Source: Squalus acanthias
Taxonomy: Eukaryota
Reading direction: 5' to 3'
DNA: 64,000 nt
Assembly (NCBI GenBank): GCA_030390025.1
Contig: CM059432.1
Location: 145,454,001 to 145,518,000 of the forward strand
Shown here: positions 61,622 through 64,000 of the stretch, piece by piece
Layout: every line of letters begins with the position of its first letter
How positions within the stretch are numbered: position 1 is the first letter of the stretch
Position numbers and translations under genes: made by a program
The notes under the pieces: generated by a model
What the model was told of the DNA's origin: nothing
What the model saw: the letters and a program-made list of their open reading frames with translations, nothing else
The model's database searches: none

Positions 61622-62270
61622 AAACAACTTGCCTTTATATAATACCTTTTAACATAGGAATCGTCCCCAGGTACTTCACACAGCAGAAAACAGACACCAG
61701 ACAACAGTAGGGAAATTAGGAAAACTGGTTGAATAAATATGTTTTAAGAAGGCTTTTAAAAGTTAGGGGGTGGGTTGGAGAGGTAGAAGGGTTATGGGAG
61801 GAGGTTCCAGAAAATAGGACCAAGGTGGCTGCAATCACTGCCATCAGTGTTGGAACAGTGGGAGAAAGGAATGATCAGGAAGCCAAAATCAAGGCAGCGA
61901 AGGGCATGGGATGGGAAGGCTGGAGGTTGTTGTAAAAGTAGGATGGGGGAAGGCCATTGGAAGAATTTATAGATGCGCTGTGGGACAGGGAACCAGTGGA
62001 AGTCGGTGATGGGTGAGTGGAATGGAATGCAGACAATGGAATTTTAGGCAAGCGGAGCTTTGGTGTCTCGAAAGGAAGGCACCGGAGAAGCCATATTTAG
62101 AGGTAACAAAAGTATGGATGAGGGTTTTGGCAGAGGTGGGCACTGTTGCAAGTTGAAAGTGAGCAGTCTTGGTAATAGATATGGTATGGGGTTTGAAGCT
62201 CATCTCTGAAAACATTATACTGAGGTCATGTTGTCTAGTACAGCCTAAGTGAGCAGCCCGGAAGAAGGAT
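61622..62270 (-). mobile_element. Old L2 3' fragment
   Basis: Degenerate match to 29181-30143. Confidence 0.65.
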
Positions 62271-62338
62271 AGAGTTAATATTAACTCTGCCTTCTACTGA
62301 AATTCAAGAGCTAGGTTTTTGTCTTTTTTTCTCCACAG

Positions 62339-62410
62339 AAATTTGAAGATTTGCAAGAGGACAAACAAGCTGTGGAGTTTCAGCAAAGAATCATAGATAT
62401 TTTGCTTAAG
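62339..62410 (+). pseudogene. VPS8: VPS8-like exon (KFEDLQEDKQAVEFQQRIIDILLK)
   Basis: Matches TFEDFKNDKQAVEYQQRIVDILLK; ctccacag| ... AAG|gtaagc. Confidence 0.9.
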
Positions 62411-62419
62411 GTAAGCAAG

Positions 62420-62857
62420 AATAAACTTGCATTTATGGCGTCTTTCACATCCTCAGATGTCCCAAAACACTTCACAGCCAATTAAGTACTTTGAAGTGTA
62501 GTCACTGTTGTAACGTAGGAAACACAGCAGCCAATTTGCACATAGTAAGGCCCCACAAACATCAATGAAATGAATGGCCAGATAATCTCTTGGTGATGGT
62601 TAGGATTGGTTGACAGATAAATGTTGGCCAGGACACCAGGAGAACTCTCTGGCTCCTCTTCGAATAATGCCATTTCCACCTGAAAGGGGCTTCCGTTTAA
62701 GTTCTCATCTGAAGGATGGCTCCTCCGACAGTGCAGCTCTCCCTCAGTACTGCACTTAAACATGCACTTAGATTATGTGCTCAAGTCTATGGAGTGGGGT
62801 GGGGCTTGAACCCATGACCTTCTGACTGAGGGGAGCTGCTACCACTGAGCCAAGGTC
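62420..62857 (-). mobile_element. Deu-domain tRNA SINE copy just downstream of a VPS8-like donor
   Basis: Reverse complement collinear with 11737-12198. Confidence 0.8.
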
Positions 62858-63339
62858 GACAGCACATAATCAATCAAAAGTGTACTGAATTGCAATGTCA
62901 AACTCTTTGAAACAACATTTATGTCGCAACTGGATTTATAATTTTAATTAGGTTCTGTAATTTAAGAATTTTGCTATAAAGTAGCTGTAGTTCCACAATG
63001 ACTCAATCTAAGCAACTAGGGATTAAATTGTATCACATTGGGCAAACACAGAGATCAGATAGTCATGGCAACTGAGCATTTACTTGTTGTATGAGAGGAA
63101 TGTTTGATACTGCAGTAACCGCAACAAGCTATGTTGAATGGTAAGATTTAAATTGTGCAGTGCTAAAATGCCATTCTTTGTTTCCCAGCATAAATGTTTG
63201 TAAAGTATACTGTAACTAAACCTGTAAAATGCCTGACCACGCTTCAGGTTATTTACAGTGCGCAATTAAATTTATCAAATTGGGTGTTAGTATTCAAAAA
63301 TGCTTCTTGCTGTAATGTTCATTGACCACTTTGACACTC

Positions 63340-63900
63340 CTGCTGAAATTCTTCTACCACATTAGAGGCTCTTCAGACACTCAACAACCACAAACGGGCT
63401 AGTACCCTAAATCAACAGAGTCCACCTTCTGTACTGTATCCCTGCTTGATATAGATTTCAAGATCCTGCCCACTGCACTGGAAAGTCATTCCCTAGATTA
63501 CTGTATGCTTTAAACAGGGTTGCCATTCAAGAGATGACACCAGGCTTCTTCTCAATGTGGTACAAATCTTCTGGCCTAGTACTCTCCCTGCAGGTAGAGG
63601 AAATATTCAGTTGGGTGGAGTGGGAATTTCTGCTCGCTGTTCTCTCAAATAGGACATCCAGGAAGTGATTAAAATCCTGTATTCCAATGCCACAACCATA
63701 GTGTGCACCAACAGCCTCAGTCCTCTTGTATTGCTTATTCGACAAGGAATCAGACAAGGTTATCTCGAGTCCCCTTCATATTTACCCTAGCCATTGAGAC
63801 ATTGGCAGTAGTAAATAGTGAGATCATATTCTTGGAGTAGAGGCTGAAGGAGCTGAAAACAAAATGATGTAGGTTGATACTTTACCTAACTTTCCCCCTC
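63340..63900 (+). mobile_element. Highly degraded L1/Tx1-clade RT remnant
   Basis: RQGIRQGYLESP / FTLAIETLA resembles the L1 motif GTRQGCPLSPLLFALAIEPLA. Confidence 0.5.
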
Positions 63901-64000
63901 CCGCCTTATCATTTAGAACATCAAGGAGTGCTGCTGGCTCTCTGAACATCAGCTTAACAGTTCCAAAAGGGGATTTGTCCCTCATACAGAATATCCCAAC

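Larger units (their letters stand above)
37179..62410 (+). pseudogene. VPS8: VPS8-like unprocessed pseudogene (six recognisable exons)
   Basis: Six exons translate to collinear VPS8 peptides. Lesions: TAA at 60884-60886, donor ATGAAT at 49440, phase mismatches and missing exons. Confidence 0.85.

Overview
Vertebrate genomic DNA, very probably from a shark or other cartilaginous fish (inferred from the CR1/HER-type LINEs, Deu-domain tRNA SINEs, Penelope-like elements and Harbinger MITEs). Most of the window is nested transposable elements. Two spliced host genes, which the ORF track does not resolve, diverge from a CpG-rich region at ~33.5-33.8 kb. On the minus strand, six intact coding exons (27543 down to 17930) encode the N-terminal thioredoxin domain (WCGPC) of an NME8/NME9 (TXNDC3/TXNDC6)-type Trx-NDPK protein; its NDPK exons are not visible and probably lie left of the window. 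On the plus strand are six exons of a VPS8 (CORVET subunit) homolog that looks like a decaying, unprocessed pseudogene, with an in-frame TAA, a GT>AT donor, a probable AG>AA acceptor, phase-incompatible neighbouring exons and roughly 500 codons of exons missing. A 36-copy 35-bp minisatellite abuts the shared promoter. The Penelope-like element carries minimal hammerhead ribozymes; one is intact, and another is split by a Harbinger MITE exactly at its cleavage triplet. Homologies are recalled from known proteins, not database searches. I see no evidence for a wholly new biochemical system; the most notable items are the VPS8 relic with its bidirectional promoter, the minisatellite and the ribozymes.
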